Shown here: piece after piece, positions 18,142 through 27,339 of the stretch
How the letters are laid out: the number at the start of each line of letters is the position of its first letter
Position numbering within the stretch: position 1 is the stretch's first letter
Source of the DNA: Patescibacteria group bacterium
GTDB lineage: Bacteria > Patescibacteriota > Minisyncoccia > GWC2-36-17 > M10-OD1-4
Length of the DNA stretch: 64,000 bases
Reading direction: 5' to 3'
NCBI GenBank assembly: GCA_038061695.1
Contig: JBBTYT010000001.1
Coordinates: 1,339 to 65,338 of the forward strand
Position numbers and translations under genes: made by a program
The notes under the pieces: generated by a model
The model's database searches: none
What the model was told of the DNA's origin: nothing
The model's input: the letters and a program-made list of their open reading frames with translations, nothing else

Positions 18142-20237
18142 CGAAAAAAGGTATTAAACAAAGAATTAATAAACTCAAAAAAGAGATTAATTATCATAGA
18201 TATCTTTATCATGTTTTAGATACACGGGAAATATCAGATGCCGTTTTAGATTCTTTAAAGCATGAATTATATAGGCTTGAACAACAAAACCCTGAATTTA
18301 TAACAGAGGATTCTCCAACCCAGAGGGTTGGCGGAGAAGCATTGGATAAATTTAAAAAAGTATACCATAAGGTTAAGATGCTTTCTTTGGAAGATGTTTT
18401 CTCTACCGGTGAATTTGAGGATTGGGAGAAAAGAATCAAGAAAGTTTCACCCTCTGGAAAGTATGAATATTTCGGTGAACTCAAGATAGATGGTTTTGCA
18501 ATATCTTTGAATTATGAAAATGGTCTTTTAAAATTTGCTTCAACAAGAGGTGATGGAGAAATCGGAGAGGATGTTACTAAAAATATTAAAACTATAGAAT
18601 CTATTCCTCTTGCGTTAAACATTCACGAAGATGAAAATGTTATTAATGATGATATGAATATATATATAAAGTCTATCAAAAAATTATTGGAAAGAGGTAA
18701 TTTGGAGATAAGGGGTGAAGTTTATATGTCTAGGAAGGTGTTTTTAGAAATAAATAAAGAGAGAAAAAAAAAGGGAGAGCCTCTTTATGCAAATCCGAGA
18801 AACACAGCGGCAGGTTCTATAAGACAACTTGATCCTAAGATTGCGGCATCAAGAAAATTAGAATTTTTACCATATGCGATAATTACTGATTTCGGGCAGG
18901 ATGGTCATAAAGATGAGCATAATATATTAAAGATTTTAGGATTTAAAAGAGATAAATATGCAGGTATTTTTTCTAATATTTCTGAAGTTGAAAGTTTTTG
19001 GAAGGATATTTTAAAGAGAAGAGAGAAGTTAGCGTATCAGATAGATGGACTTGTTATATCCGTGAATGATAACGCAACTTTTAAAAAGCTTGGAGTAGTA
19101 GGCAAGGCTCCAAGGGGTGCTGTTGCTTTTAAATTCCCAGCAGAGGAATCAACAACAAAGGTTGAGGATATATCTGTGCAGATTGGAAGAACAGGCGCTT
19201 TAACTCCAGTTGCGCATTTTTTGCCTGTCTTAATAGGAGGGACTATAGTTACAAGAGCATCTTTGCATAATGAAGATGAGATAAGAAGGTTAGATCTAAA
19301 AATCGGAGATACTGTTATAATAAAGAGGTCTGGAGATGTTATACCAAAGGTTGTTAGTGTATTAAAAAATTTAAGAGTAGGCAAAGAGATGGATTTTAAG
19401 ATGCCAAAAAATTGTCCTTTTTGTGGTGGTAAAATTGAAAGAAAAGAAGGAGAAGTAATATTAAAATGCGTAAATAAAAAATGCTCCGCAAAACATAGAG
19501 AGGCGTTGCGTCATTTCACATCAAAAAAAGCTTTTGATATAGTAGGTCTTGGACCACAAATACTAAATAAGCTAGCAGATGAAGGTTTAATATCAGATTT
19601 TGCAGATATATTTTCTTTGAGAGAGGGCGACTTATTGCCTATAGAGAGATTTGCTGAGAGGTCAGCATCAAAATTAATAGAAGCAATTCAACAAAAAAAG
19701 GAGATAACTCTGGCAAAATTTATATATTCTCTTGGTATCCAGCATGTTGGTGAGGAGACAGCGCTTACACTTGCTGGAAGCACGAGCGCAGAAATAAAAA
19801 GTCAAAAATCAAAAGTCACTGTGGATGAAGTATCAAGTATATTGAAAAGTTTTTCTTTGGAGGATTTAGAAAAAATTCAGGATATAGGTCCTAAAGTGGC
19901 GGAGTCTATTCATATATATTTTAATGATATTAATAATAAGGTTCTCCTAGAAAAACTTAATAATCTTAATATTATAATCAATATTCCTAAGGTGAATTTG
20001 AAAAAATATATTTTTTCTGCTAAAGTCTTTGTATTGACTGGTGAACTAGAAGGTTTTACCAGAGATAAAGCAAAAGAGGTTATTAGGTCTTTTGGCGGAG
20101 AGATATCAAGCTCTGTATCAAAAAAAACCGATTATTTGCTCGCAGGTGAGAATCATGGTTCAAAATATGATAAAGCAAAAGAACTTGAAGTAAAAATTAT
20201 AAACGAGAAGGATTTTTTAAAAATGATTAATTCATAA
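18138..20237 (+). CDS. ligA: NAD-dependent DNA ligase LigA
   Basis: Adenylation motif ELKIDGFAIS, OB fold, Zn finger CPFCGGKIERKEGEVILKCVNKKC, HhH and C-terminal BRCT; 699 aa. Confidence 0.9.
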   Translation: MTKKGIKQRINKLKKEINYHRYLYHVLDTREISDAVLDSLKHELYRLEQQNPEFITEDSPTQRVGGEALDKFKKVYHKVKMLSLEDVFSTGEFEDWEKRIKKVSPSGKYEYFGELKIDGFAISLNYENGLLKFASTRGDGEIGEDVTKNIKTIESIPLALNIHEDENVINDDMNIYIKSIKKLLERGNLEIRGEVYMSRKVFLEINKERKKKGEPLYANPRNTAAGSIRQLDPKIAASRKLEFLPYAIITDFGQDGHKDEHNILKILGFKRDKYAGIFSNISEVESFWKDILKRREKLAYQIDGLVISVNDNATFKKLGVVGKAPRGAVAFKFPAEESTTKVEDISVQIGRTGALTPVAHFLPVLIGGTIVTRASLHNEDEIRRLDLKIGDTVIIKRSGDVIPKVVSVLKNLRVGKEMDFKMPKNCPFCGGKIERKEGEVILKCVNKKCSAKHREALRHFTSKKAFDIVGLGPQILNKLADEGLISDFADIFSLREGDLLPIERFAERSASKLIEAIQQKKEITLAKFIYSLGIQHVGEETALTLAGSTSAEIKSQKSKVTVDEVSSILKSFSLEDLEKIQDIGPKVAESIHIYFNDINNKVLLEKLNNLNIIINIPKVNLKKYIFSAKVFVLTGELEGFTRDKAKEVIRSFGGEISSSVSKKTDYLLAGENHGSKYDKAKELEVKIINEKDFLKMINS

Positions 20238-20251
20238 TTTGTGATTTATAT

Positions 20252-20542
20252 ATGATAGACAAGGAAAAGATAAAACATATTGCTTCGCTAGCAAGGCTTA
20301 AAGTAGATGATAGTGAAGTTGAAAAATTTTCAAAAGATTTATCAGCAATTTTAGATTATGTTGCTGAGCTTAATGAAGTTGATATTTCAGATATATCTCC
20401 AACATTGAGTGCAACATCATCTCAAAATGTATTTCGTGATGACAATGTGGACGAAGAAAATAAAGATGTTGCTAAGAGGTTGGTTCAGTCCGCTCCAGAT
20501 AGCGAGAATGGCTATATTAAAGTTAAGTCAATATTAAAATAA
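20252..20542 (+). CDS. gatC: Asp-tRNA(Asn)/Glu-tRNA(Gln) amidotransferase subunit C
   Basis: 96 aa; IKHIASLARLKVDDSEVEKFSKDLSAILDYV is a GatC signature; 1-nt overlap with gatA. Confidence 0.8.
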   Translation: MIDKEKIKHIASLARLKVDDSEVEKFSKDLSAILDYVAELNEVDISDISPTLSATSSQNVFRDDNVDEENKDVAKRLVQSAPDSENGYIKVKSILK

Positions 20543-21966
20543 TGGATTTTACAAAGCTAACAATAAGGGAAATTAATAAAAGCCTAAAAGAGAAAAATGT
20601 CTCAGCTTCGGAGTTGACCGATTTTTTTATCAATCAGATTAAAGATAAAGATGAGGATATAAAAGCTTTTTTAAGTAATGATTTTGCATCAGCAAAAAAA
20701 CAAGCCAAAGCCGTAGACGAGAAGATTAAAAGCGGAGTGGATATTTCAATCCTTGCCGGAGTGCCGTCTGCTATAAAAGATAATATATTGATTGACGGTG
20801 TAAAAGCCACAGCATCTTCAAAGATGCTTGAAAATTATATCGCTACTTACGATGCCACAGTAATAGAAAAATTGAAAAATCAAAATTCTGTTTTTTTAGG
20901 CAAAACAAATATGGATGAGTTTGCTATGGGATCATCAACAGAAAGTTCAGCGTTTTTTAAGACCAAGAATCCAAATGATTTAAATAGAGTGCCTGGAGGT
21001 TCGTCTGGTGGTTCTGCGGCGGCGGTTGCCTCCTCTGAAGTTGTTTTTGCTTTAGGCTCTGATACGGGAGGCTCAATTAGACAGCCAGCATCTTTTTGTG
21101 GCGTTGTTGGTTTAAAGCCTACATATGGAGCTGTTTCAAGATACGGACTTATAGCGATGGCATCTTCTTTGGATCAAATTGGCCCTTTAACAAAAACCGT
21201 AGATGATGCGAGAGTAGTTTTTGAAGCTATAAGAGGGAAAGATAAGAGGGATGCAACCAGTGTAATATATCCTGAGAAATTACAAGAGAGAGGATTAAAA
21301 GGAATGAAAATAGGAATTCCAAAGGAGTATTTTATTGATGGAATGGATAAGGATGTTGAGAAATTGATAAAATCTGAAATAAAAAAAATGGAAGATGCCG
21401 GCGCAAAGATAGAAGAAATAACATTGCCTAATACAAAAAGCGCTTTATCTGTTTATTATATTATTATGCCGGCAGAAGTGTCTTCAAATATGGCAAGATA
21501 TGACGGTATGAAATTCGGTTTTTCTACACATAATAATGACACGGAAGATCTTTTGTCGGTATATTTAAATTCAAGAGCGAAAGGTTTGGGAGTAGAAGTG
21601 AAAAGAAGAATAATGTTAGGCACATATGTTTTATCGGCCGGATATTATGACGCCTATTATAAAAGAGCTCAGCAGGTAAGAACAAAAATAACTAATGATT
21701 TTAAAAAGGCATTTGAGGAAGTTGATATTATAGTTACTCCTACGGCGCCAACAACAGCATTCTTGTTTGGCGAAAAGACAGATGATCCTCTCGCGATGTA
21801 TCTTGAAGATATATTTACAGTACCTATAAATCTAGCCGGTCTTCCGGCAATCTCTATTCCTTGCGGTAAGGTAAAAAATATGCCAGTCGGTATGCAGTTT
21901 ATAGCACCTTGGTTTTATGAGGAGAGATTATTTAGATCTGGAGAAGATTATGAAAAATTAAAATAA
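20542..21966 (+). CDS. gatA: Glutamyl-tRNA(Gln) amidotransferase subunit A (amidase signature family)
   Basis: GGSSGGSAAAVA amidase signature, Ser-cisSer-Lys triad context; 474 aa. Confidence 0.9.
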   Translation: MDFTKLTIREINKSLKEKNVSASELTDFFINQIKDKDEDIKAFLSNDFASAKKQAKAVDEKIKSGVDISILAGVPSAIKDNILIDGVKATASSKMLENYIATYDATVIEKLKNQNSVFLGKTNMDEFAMGSSTESSAFFKTKNPNDLNRVPGGSSGGSAAAVASSEVVFALGSDTGGSIRQPASFCGVVGLKPTYGAVSRYGLIAMASSLDQIGPLTKTVDDARVVFEAIRGKDKRDATSVIYPEKLQERGLKGMKIGIPKEYFIDGMDKDVEKLIKSEIKKMEDAGAKIEEITLPNTKSALSVYYIIMPAEVSSNMARYDGMKFGFSTHNNDTEDLLSVYLNSRAKGLGVEVKRRIMLGTYVLSAGYYDAYYKRAQQVRTKITNDFKKAFEEVDIIVTPTAPTTAFLFGEKTDDPLAMYLEDIFTVPINLAGLPAISIPCGKVKNMPVGMQFIAPWFYEERLFRSGEDYEKLK

Positions 21967-21977
21967 GATGAATTGTT

Positions 21978-22535
21978 ATGCAGAATACTCAAGTAGATTT
22001 TTTAATTAACGCGACAGAGGGCGTTGCAAATTCTGGAGTATTTCAGTCGGATGCGTTTTTGGCTTTTTTTTGGATTATTAAATTTATATTTTTGACACTT
22101 GCGGTAATTTTTTTTCTGCACATCATTTATCTTATTTTTAAAATTAATACTATACAAGGAGAATTTAAATTTTATAAAGATCTTTTAACAAAAAAAAATA
22201 CTTTTCAGCATAAAGGAGAATTTGCCGTAAAATGGAGAATAGTTAAAGAGAGGGCTTATAAAATACAAGAAGCGGAATATAAACTTGCTATTATTGAAGC
22301 AGATAAGTTGTTTGATGATCTTCTAAAAAAGATGAATTTAAAAGGTAATGATATGGGTGAAAGATTGAAGAATATCAATAATGAATTATTGCCATCTATA
22401 GATAGAGTTTGGAAGTCGCACAAGATAAGAAACAAGATCGCTCATGAGCCGGATTTTCATTTGAGTTATAATGATGCTCAAGATGTAATTAAAAACTATG
22501 AAGTGGCTTTATATGAGCTTAAAATACTTGATTAA
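21978..22535 (+). CDS. Hypothetical membrane protein
   Basis: Single TM FLAFFWIIKFIFLTLAVIFFLHIIYLIF; no motif recognised. Confidence 0.4.
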   Translation: MQNTQVDFLINATEGVANSGVFQSDAFLAFFWIIKFIFLTLAVIFFLHIIYLIFKINTIQGEFKFYKDLLTKKNTFQHKGEFAVKWRIVKERAYKIQEAEYKLAIIEADKLFDDLLKKMNLKGNDMGERLKNINNELLPSIDRVWKSHKIRNKIAHEPDFHLSYNDAQDVIKNYEVALYELKILD

Positions 22536-22716
22536 ATTGATTTTTTGTATTAGAATAGTTTAAACTCTAAATCGTCATATGCTTTGTAGTTAAAGATTAA
22601 GTGAGTGGAGTAGTTTTTTGTTTTATTAAGAATGAGTAAGACATTTGACCATCTGAATGTCTTAATTTGAGTTCAATTCTCAAAATAAGAGTAGCAGAAA
22701 AAAGTTGATAGAATAT

Positions 22717-22789
22717 AGCGGGGTAGAGGAGCTGGTACCTCGTCGGTCTCATAAGCCGAAGGTCGTGGGTTCGAATCCCGCCCCCGCAA
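22717..22789 (+). tRNA. tRNA with CAT anticodon, possibly initiator-like because the acceptor stem appears to have an unpaired 1:72 position
   Basis: Cloverleaf by eye: D-stem GAGG/CCTC, anticodon loop CTCATAA, T-loop TTCGAAT, acceptor xGCGGGG/CCCCGCx with discriminator A. Confidence 0.6.
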
Positions 22790-22821
22790 CAAAGTTTGGT
22801 ATGGTTTTTTCCAGTGATTAC

Positions 22822-22895
22822 GCCAGGGTAGCTCAGTTGGTTAGAGCACAGGACTCATAAGCCTGGGGTCGTGGGTTCGAATCCCACCTCTGGTA
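22822..22895 (+). tRNA. tRNA with CAT anticodon (elongator Met or lysidine-modified Ile2)
   Basis: GCCAGGG-T-A-GCTCAGTTGGTTAGAGC...CTCATAA...GTGGGTTCGAATCCCAC-CTCTGGT-A. Identity cannot be settled from sequence alone. Confidence 0.65.
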
Positions 22896-22917
22896 CCGAA
22901 ACTTTATAATTTTTTTT

Positions 22918-22995
22918 GGGGCCGTGGTCTAGCCCGGTTATGACGTCTCCCTGTCACGGAGAAGATCGCCGGTTCAAATCCGGTCGGCCCCGCCA
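22918..22995 (+). tRNA. tRNA-Asp (GTC) with genomically encoded CCA
   Basis: Acceptor GGGGCCG/CGGCCCC, anticodon loop CTGTCAC, T-loop TTCAAAT, discriminator G plus CCA. Minus-strand ORF 22904-23200 overlapping it is spurious. Confidence 0.8.
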
Positions 22996-23119
22996 GATTT
23001 CTAAGTTTGAACCCCGATAAAATAAGGGGTTTTGATGATTTAGAAACCGTTATCCGAACGAGGCGCCGGTTTTTCTTAATCCTTATCAAAGGAGTAAAAT
23101 TTTGATATAATAAAATTAT

Positions 23120-25462
23120 ATGGCAAACGAAAGAAAAACCGAAATAATCACAAGAGATCACTTTTCCAATTTTTTGGATTCTATTTATATTGAAGAACAA
23201 CGCTCAGATAATCCAAAAATTGATAAGTTGTTAAAATCCGCCTCAAAAAAAGGCGGTGGAAAAGGTTATCCTGAATTTATCATTAGCTATAAAACCAATC
23301 CTGATTTATTGATTGTTGTTGAATGTAAAGCAGATGTAACCAAACATGAAAGCAAAGATCGTGATAAATATTCAGAATTTGCGGTTGATGGTGCTTTACT
23401 TTATGCCTCCTATCTCTCTAAGGGTTTTGATGTTTTGGCAATCGCAGTTAGTGGAGAAACAAAACAATCATTAAAAGTTTCTCACTTTTTGCATTTAAGA
23501 AATGAGAAAAAAGCGACCCCAATTTTCGGAGATAAATTTTTACCTGTTGATGATTATTTGAATGGATATTTGAAAAGTCCTGAAAAATTCAGACAAGACT
23601 ATATCTCCCTTTTGGATTTTACAAAACAGCTTAATGAAAAACTACATACCTATAAGATTCTTGAAAGTCAAAGAAGTTTGCTTATCAGCTCAATTTTAAT
23701 TGCTTTAGAAAATCCTGCATTTAAAAGATCGTATGCTTCGCACACTAGACCAGAAGACTTAGCTTCTTCTCTTATACAAACAGTTTTAAGTGAATTAGAA
23801 AAGGCAAATATTACTGGTAAAAAATTAGAAAATTTAAATACACAATTTAGTTTTATAAAAACTGACACTTCTTTATCAAAAAAAGAAAATATTTTGAAAG
23901 AAATTATTGACGAAATTGACGAAAATATAAATATTTTTATTAAAACTCACAAATATTTTGATGTATTAGGACAGCTCTATATTGAATTTTTGAGATACGC
24001 AAACAGCGATAAAGGTTTAGGAATTGTTTTAACACCTCCGCATATTACAGAACTTTTTGCAGATTTGGCACAAGTAAATAAAAACTCTATTGCCTACGAT
24101 AATTGTACTGGAACAGGCGGATTTTTGATTAGTGCAATGAAAAGAATGATCGCAGATGCAAAAGGTGATGAAACAAAAATTAAAGAAATAAAATCAAAAC
24201 AGCTTATTGGAACGGAATATCAATCACATATTTTCGCTTTGGCGGTTTCTAATATGTATATCCATCAAGATGGAAAAACGAATATCATAAATGGAAGCTG
24301 TTTTGATGAGGAAGTTATTGAAGAAGTTAAATCAAGAAAACCAACAGTTGGATTTTTAAACCCGCCTTACAAATCAAATAAAAAAACAGATACTGATGAA
24401 TTAGAATTTATACTAAACAACTTAGAGTGTTTAGTTGACGGAGGAACTTGTGTTGCGATTGTACCAATGAGTAGTGCTTTAGCGATGAAAGGGAAAACCT
24501 ACGAAATTAAAAAGGAATTATTAAAAAAGCATACATTAGAAGCAGTATTATCAATGCCTAATGATTTATTTATTGATTCTGATGTTGGTACAGTTACTTG
24601 TATTATGGTTTTCACTGCTCATAAACCACATTTTCAAGGAAAAAAAACATTTTTTGGATATTTTAAAAATGATGGATTTGAGAAAAGAAGAAAAGGAAGA
24701 ATTGAAATTAATTGTCAATGGAAAGATATAAAAAATGAATGGCTAAAGGCATATTTAAACAAAGCCAATATTCCTGATTTAAGTATTAATATAGAAGTAA
24801 CGGCAAATAATGAATGGTGCCCAGAAGCATACTTAATTACAGATTTTACAAAAATAAATAATAATAATTTTATTAAAAATCTAAAAGAACATTGTATTTA
24901 TTTGTTTAATAACGATCTATCAAAAAATATTTCCAATAATCCTTTGGTGCAAAAAGAAATAAATATAAATTTTCAAAATTGGCAAAGGTTCAAGGTTAAA
25001 GATTTCTTCAAGGTTTATTCTGGTGGTGATAAACCAAAATCAGATGATTCAAAACATTGGAATGGTGAGATTGTTAATTCAGTAGAAAATCAAACAACAA
25101 ACAATGGAATAAAAGAAAAAATAGAATTTGCCGATGAAAATAAGATTTTTGAAAATTTTATTTCAGTTGTTTCTATCGGAGAAGGAGGTAAGGCATTTTA
25201 TCAACCAGAAAAAGGCGCTTGTTTTACTCGTGTTAAAGTCCTTGTTCCAATTAAGCAATGCAAAAATAATTTTAATAAATATCTCTTTCTGTTTTTTTGC
25301 TCCTTACTTGATATGGAAAGATATAGATATGGCTATGGCAGAGTTCTTAGCAAAGATAGATTGGGAGAAACGGAGTTATTAATACCAACAAAGAACAATT
25401 TACCAGATTGGGAATTTATGGAAAATTATATTAAATCATTGCCCTATTCTTCAAGTCTCTAA
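23120..25462 (+). CDS. Single-polypeptide restriction-modification enzyme, Type IIG-like: N-terminal PD-ExK nuclease, gamma-class N6-adenine methyltransferase and a C-terminal specificity region
   Basis: NPDLLIVVECK is a PD-x5-ExK motif. MTase motif I DNCTGTGGFLISA and motif IV FLNPPYK. The C-terminal region resembles a target-recognition domain. 780 aa. Confidence 0.6.
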   Translation: MANERKTEIITRDHFSNFLDSIYIEEQRSDNPKIDKLLKSASKKGGGKGYPEFIISYKTNPDLLIVVECKADVTKHESKDRDKYSEFAVDGALLYASYLSKGFDVLAIAVSGETKQSLKVSHFLHLRNEKKATPIFGDKFLPVDDYLNGYLKSPEKFRQDYISLLDFTKQLNEKLHTYKILESQRSLLISSILIALENPAFKRSYASHTRPEDLASSLIQTVLSELEKANITGKKLENLNTQFSFIKTDTSLSKKENILKEIIDEIDENINIFIKTHKYFDVLGQLYIEFLRYANSDKGLGIVLTPPHITELFADLAQVNKNSIAYDNCTGTGGFLISAMKRMIADAKGDETKIKEIKSKQLIGTEYQSHIFALAVSNMYIHQDGKTNIINGSCFDEEVIEEVKSRKPTVGFLNPPYKSNKKTDTDELEFILNNLECLVDGGTCVAIVPMSSALAMKGKTYEIKKELLKKHTLEAVLSMPNDLFIDSDVGTVTCIMVFTAHKPHFQGKKTFFGYFKNDGFEKRRKGRIEINCQWKDIKNEWLKAYLNKANIPDLSINIEVTANNEWCPEAYLITDFTKINNNNFIKNLKEHCIYLFNNDLSKNISNNPLVQKEININFQNWQRFKVKDFFKVYSGGDKPKSDDSKHWNGEIVNSVENQTTNNGIKEKIEFADENKIFENFISVVSIGEGGKAFYQPEKGACFTRVKVLVPIKQCKNNFNKYLFLFFCSLLDMERYRYGYGRVLSKDRLGETELLIPTKNNLPDWEFMENYIKSLPYSSSL

Positions 25463-25525
25463 ATATAACTCCTTGTAGATCAAAATAAAAACTCCCTGAA
25501 AAGCTGACGGGAAAAGCTCGATCAA

Positions 25526-25711
25526 CTAATTTGTGGAATCCACGATATCATCCGAGTAAGCAATCTGCTTTACACGAAGAGCAGAGTTAATAGCGGCTTG
25601 TTTTGAGGAATAACCCTCACTAGCAGCGACCTTCTCGCCGTTTAAAGCTTGAAGGTACCACCGATAATAACCGGCACGATTTTTGTAAATCACAAATCTT
25701 GGTTTTGCCAT
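25526..25711 (-). CDS. YegP-like (DUF1508/UPF0339) single-domain protein
   Basis: FVIYKNRAGYYRWYLQALNGEKVAASEGYSSKQAAINSALRVK matches the DUF1508 consensus (F.iyKd..GeyRwrLka.NGeiia.SegYsska.a...i.sVk). Codons are more G+C-rich than flanking host genes. Confidence 0.65.
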   Translation of the reverse strand: MAKPRFVIYKNRAGYYRWYLQALNGEKVAASEGYSSKQAAINSALRVKQIAYSDDIVDSTN

Positions 25712-26053
25712 AGATTTAATCCATTACTTTTTGTTAATTAATAGAGAGTCGACCTTTACGCTTACTCCCCACCCCAAAAACTAAAAGTTCCTAGGGAGGA
25801 GAGGTAAAGGCGACTTGATCTAATAACCACGAAAAGGTCCCTGAGGTATCCCGCCAGCTTTTCAAGGAGCTAATAATTACAATTTACGCTTTTTGAATTA
25901 TGGAGTCAAGATTAAGATATAAAATAATCCACCTCATTTTTACCCCTATTAGACTCTGGACGAGGCGTTTCAAACCATTCAGGATGAACTTTGTACATTA
26001 CCCTTAATTCGCTATACTTTTATCAATATCTTCGAATTTGAGCCACTTTCTAG

Positions 26054-26100
26054 GTTCAAAGTTCCGGAGATCGGCCCAGCCATATTTTTAAGTTTGAACC
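26054..26100 (+). repeat. Degenerate direct repeat of the tRNA-Asp 3' end plus downstream flank (putative attR of an integrated element)
   Basis: GGTTCAAAGTTCCGGAGATCGGCCCAGCCATATTTTTAAGTTTGAACC versus tRNA-Asp 22971-23013 GGTTCAAATCCGGTCGGCCCCGCCAGATTTCTAAGTTTGAACC. About 40 of 43 positions align with two small indels, including 12 identical terminal bases TAAGTTTGAACC. Confidence 0.6.
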
Positions 26101-26302
26101 GTAATGATTACAAGACTTAATGAAAGGAAGTTTTTTGAGCTTTCAGTGATGTATTCTCAACATAACAGAGCACGGATTGGTCGCGCTTTTTATTGCGACC
26201 ATTGACTTTTGCTTTAATAAATACTATTATGTTAAGTCATGATTCGGCATGTTGTTGGTCAGGTGGTCTGTTCATTCAAAACAAAATAAGGAGTGTGTTA
26301 TT

Positions 26303-26680
26303 ATGGTAAAGAAAATTTTGGTGCTGTTTCGAGATAAATTTTTTCACTGGAGGATATCTGATATGCTTAGACAAAATTATGGTCAATATACCTCAATAGA
26401 GAATGGAATTTGTTCTTTTCTTTACAACTCAAAAAACGCGTTGGATATCGTAGAAAGATTTAAAAAAGGAGGCTATGACTATCTGGTGATTATGGGTTCG
26501 TTCCAGATGAGTGATGTGTTCTGTAAAAATGGTATCAGAGTGTTGTGGCCGGAATGGGTCAAGGAAGATGATCATTCTAAAATTGAGTTTTATGATATGC
26601 ACGCCAGGCAAGGTTACCGGCTCGTTCGGTTTCGTCAGATTAAGAGTTTCACTAATGATACTCTAGAATTTGAGGATTGA
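26303..26680 (+). CDS. Hypothetical protein (island gene)
   Basis: Start chosen at the internal ATG with SD TAAGGAG 8 nt upstream (track ORF begins 26249). TTGACT-N17-TATTAT promoter-like site at about 26197-26225, preceded by a TGGTCGC/GCGACCA inverted repeat. Confidence 0.45.
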   Translation: MVKKILVLFRDKFFHWRISDMLRQNYGQYTSIENGICSFLYNSKNALDIVERFKKGGYDYLVIMGSFQMSDVFCKNGIRVLWPEWVKEDDHSKIEFYDMHARQGYRLVRFRQIKSFTNDTLEFED

Positions 26681-26767
26681 TTCATTTGGTGTTTCGGCAC
26701 CTTCACAGAATGGATATGATCGCCGAAACGATCGTGTCAGTAATGCATAAAATGAAAGGAGATCAAG

Positions 26768-27127
26768 ATGGAATACGATGAAGTCCTCAAACTGGCAATG
26801 AAGCTCGGAAAGGAGCGTCATCCGGAAGCTCCTCAACACCATCACGCGGCCTTTGTCAACTCAGTGCAGACTCTTGTTACTGGTTGGAGTGGAGGCTTCG
26901 GCGGTCCGTCCATGCGTGAGCACTGGGCGTGCCGAGTTGCCAAAGCCAAGGACACAGTCGGACAGTTCAGCTTCGACGATGCGGTGACGGCGGTTGAGGA
27001 AGCCTGTTACGGCCAACTCACCCTCGATCACGCGAACATGCTCGAAGAGGAGCACTGCTTCGATGATGCTCCTGGTGAAGTGGAGACGGCACAGTGGCTT
27101 CTGGCGATGCACCATCAGCACGATTGA
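26768..27127 (+). CDS. Hypothetical protein, conspicuously G+C-rich foreign ORF
   Basis: SD AAAGGAG upstream; His/Glu-rich product. Followed by hairpin terminator GGCACGTTTT-CCCA-AAAACGTGCC plus T-run (27154-27188). Overlapping minus ORF 26861-27193 and plus ORF 26994-27221 rejected. Confidence 0.5.
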   Translation: MEYDEVLKLAMKLGKERHPEAPQHHHAAFVNSVQTLVTGWSGGFGGPSMREHWACRVAKAKDTVGQFSFDDAVTAVEEACYGQLTLDHANMLEEEHCFDDAPGEVETAQWLLAMHHQHD

Positions 27128-27339
27128 ATTGAAGTGTGCGATAATGGGTTTCTGGCACGTTTTCCCAAAAAACGTGCCTTTTCTTTTATCCATTTTTGGC
27201 TATTTGACCGCCTTTATGTAATAATATACAATGGAAAGGTGAAAATATCACCTTTTCATTAAACATATTGATATTGCTACACTCGGAACAGGAGCGATAG
27301 TGTCTTCTGGTAAGTGCGAATTTAGAAAATAGTTTCTCT

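Noticed and set aside
22904-23200. 98-aa minus-strand ORF
   Set aside because: Runs across tRNA-Asp and the start of the R-M gene; the tRNA cloverleaf is unambiguous, so this is a spurious reading frame.
26861-27221. Minus ORF 26861-27193 and plus ORF 26994-27221 in the G+C-rich segment
   Set aside because: High GC removes stop codons in all frames. Only 26768-27127 has an SD (AAAGGAG) correctly spaced and a terminator directly after its stop.
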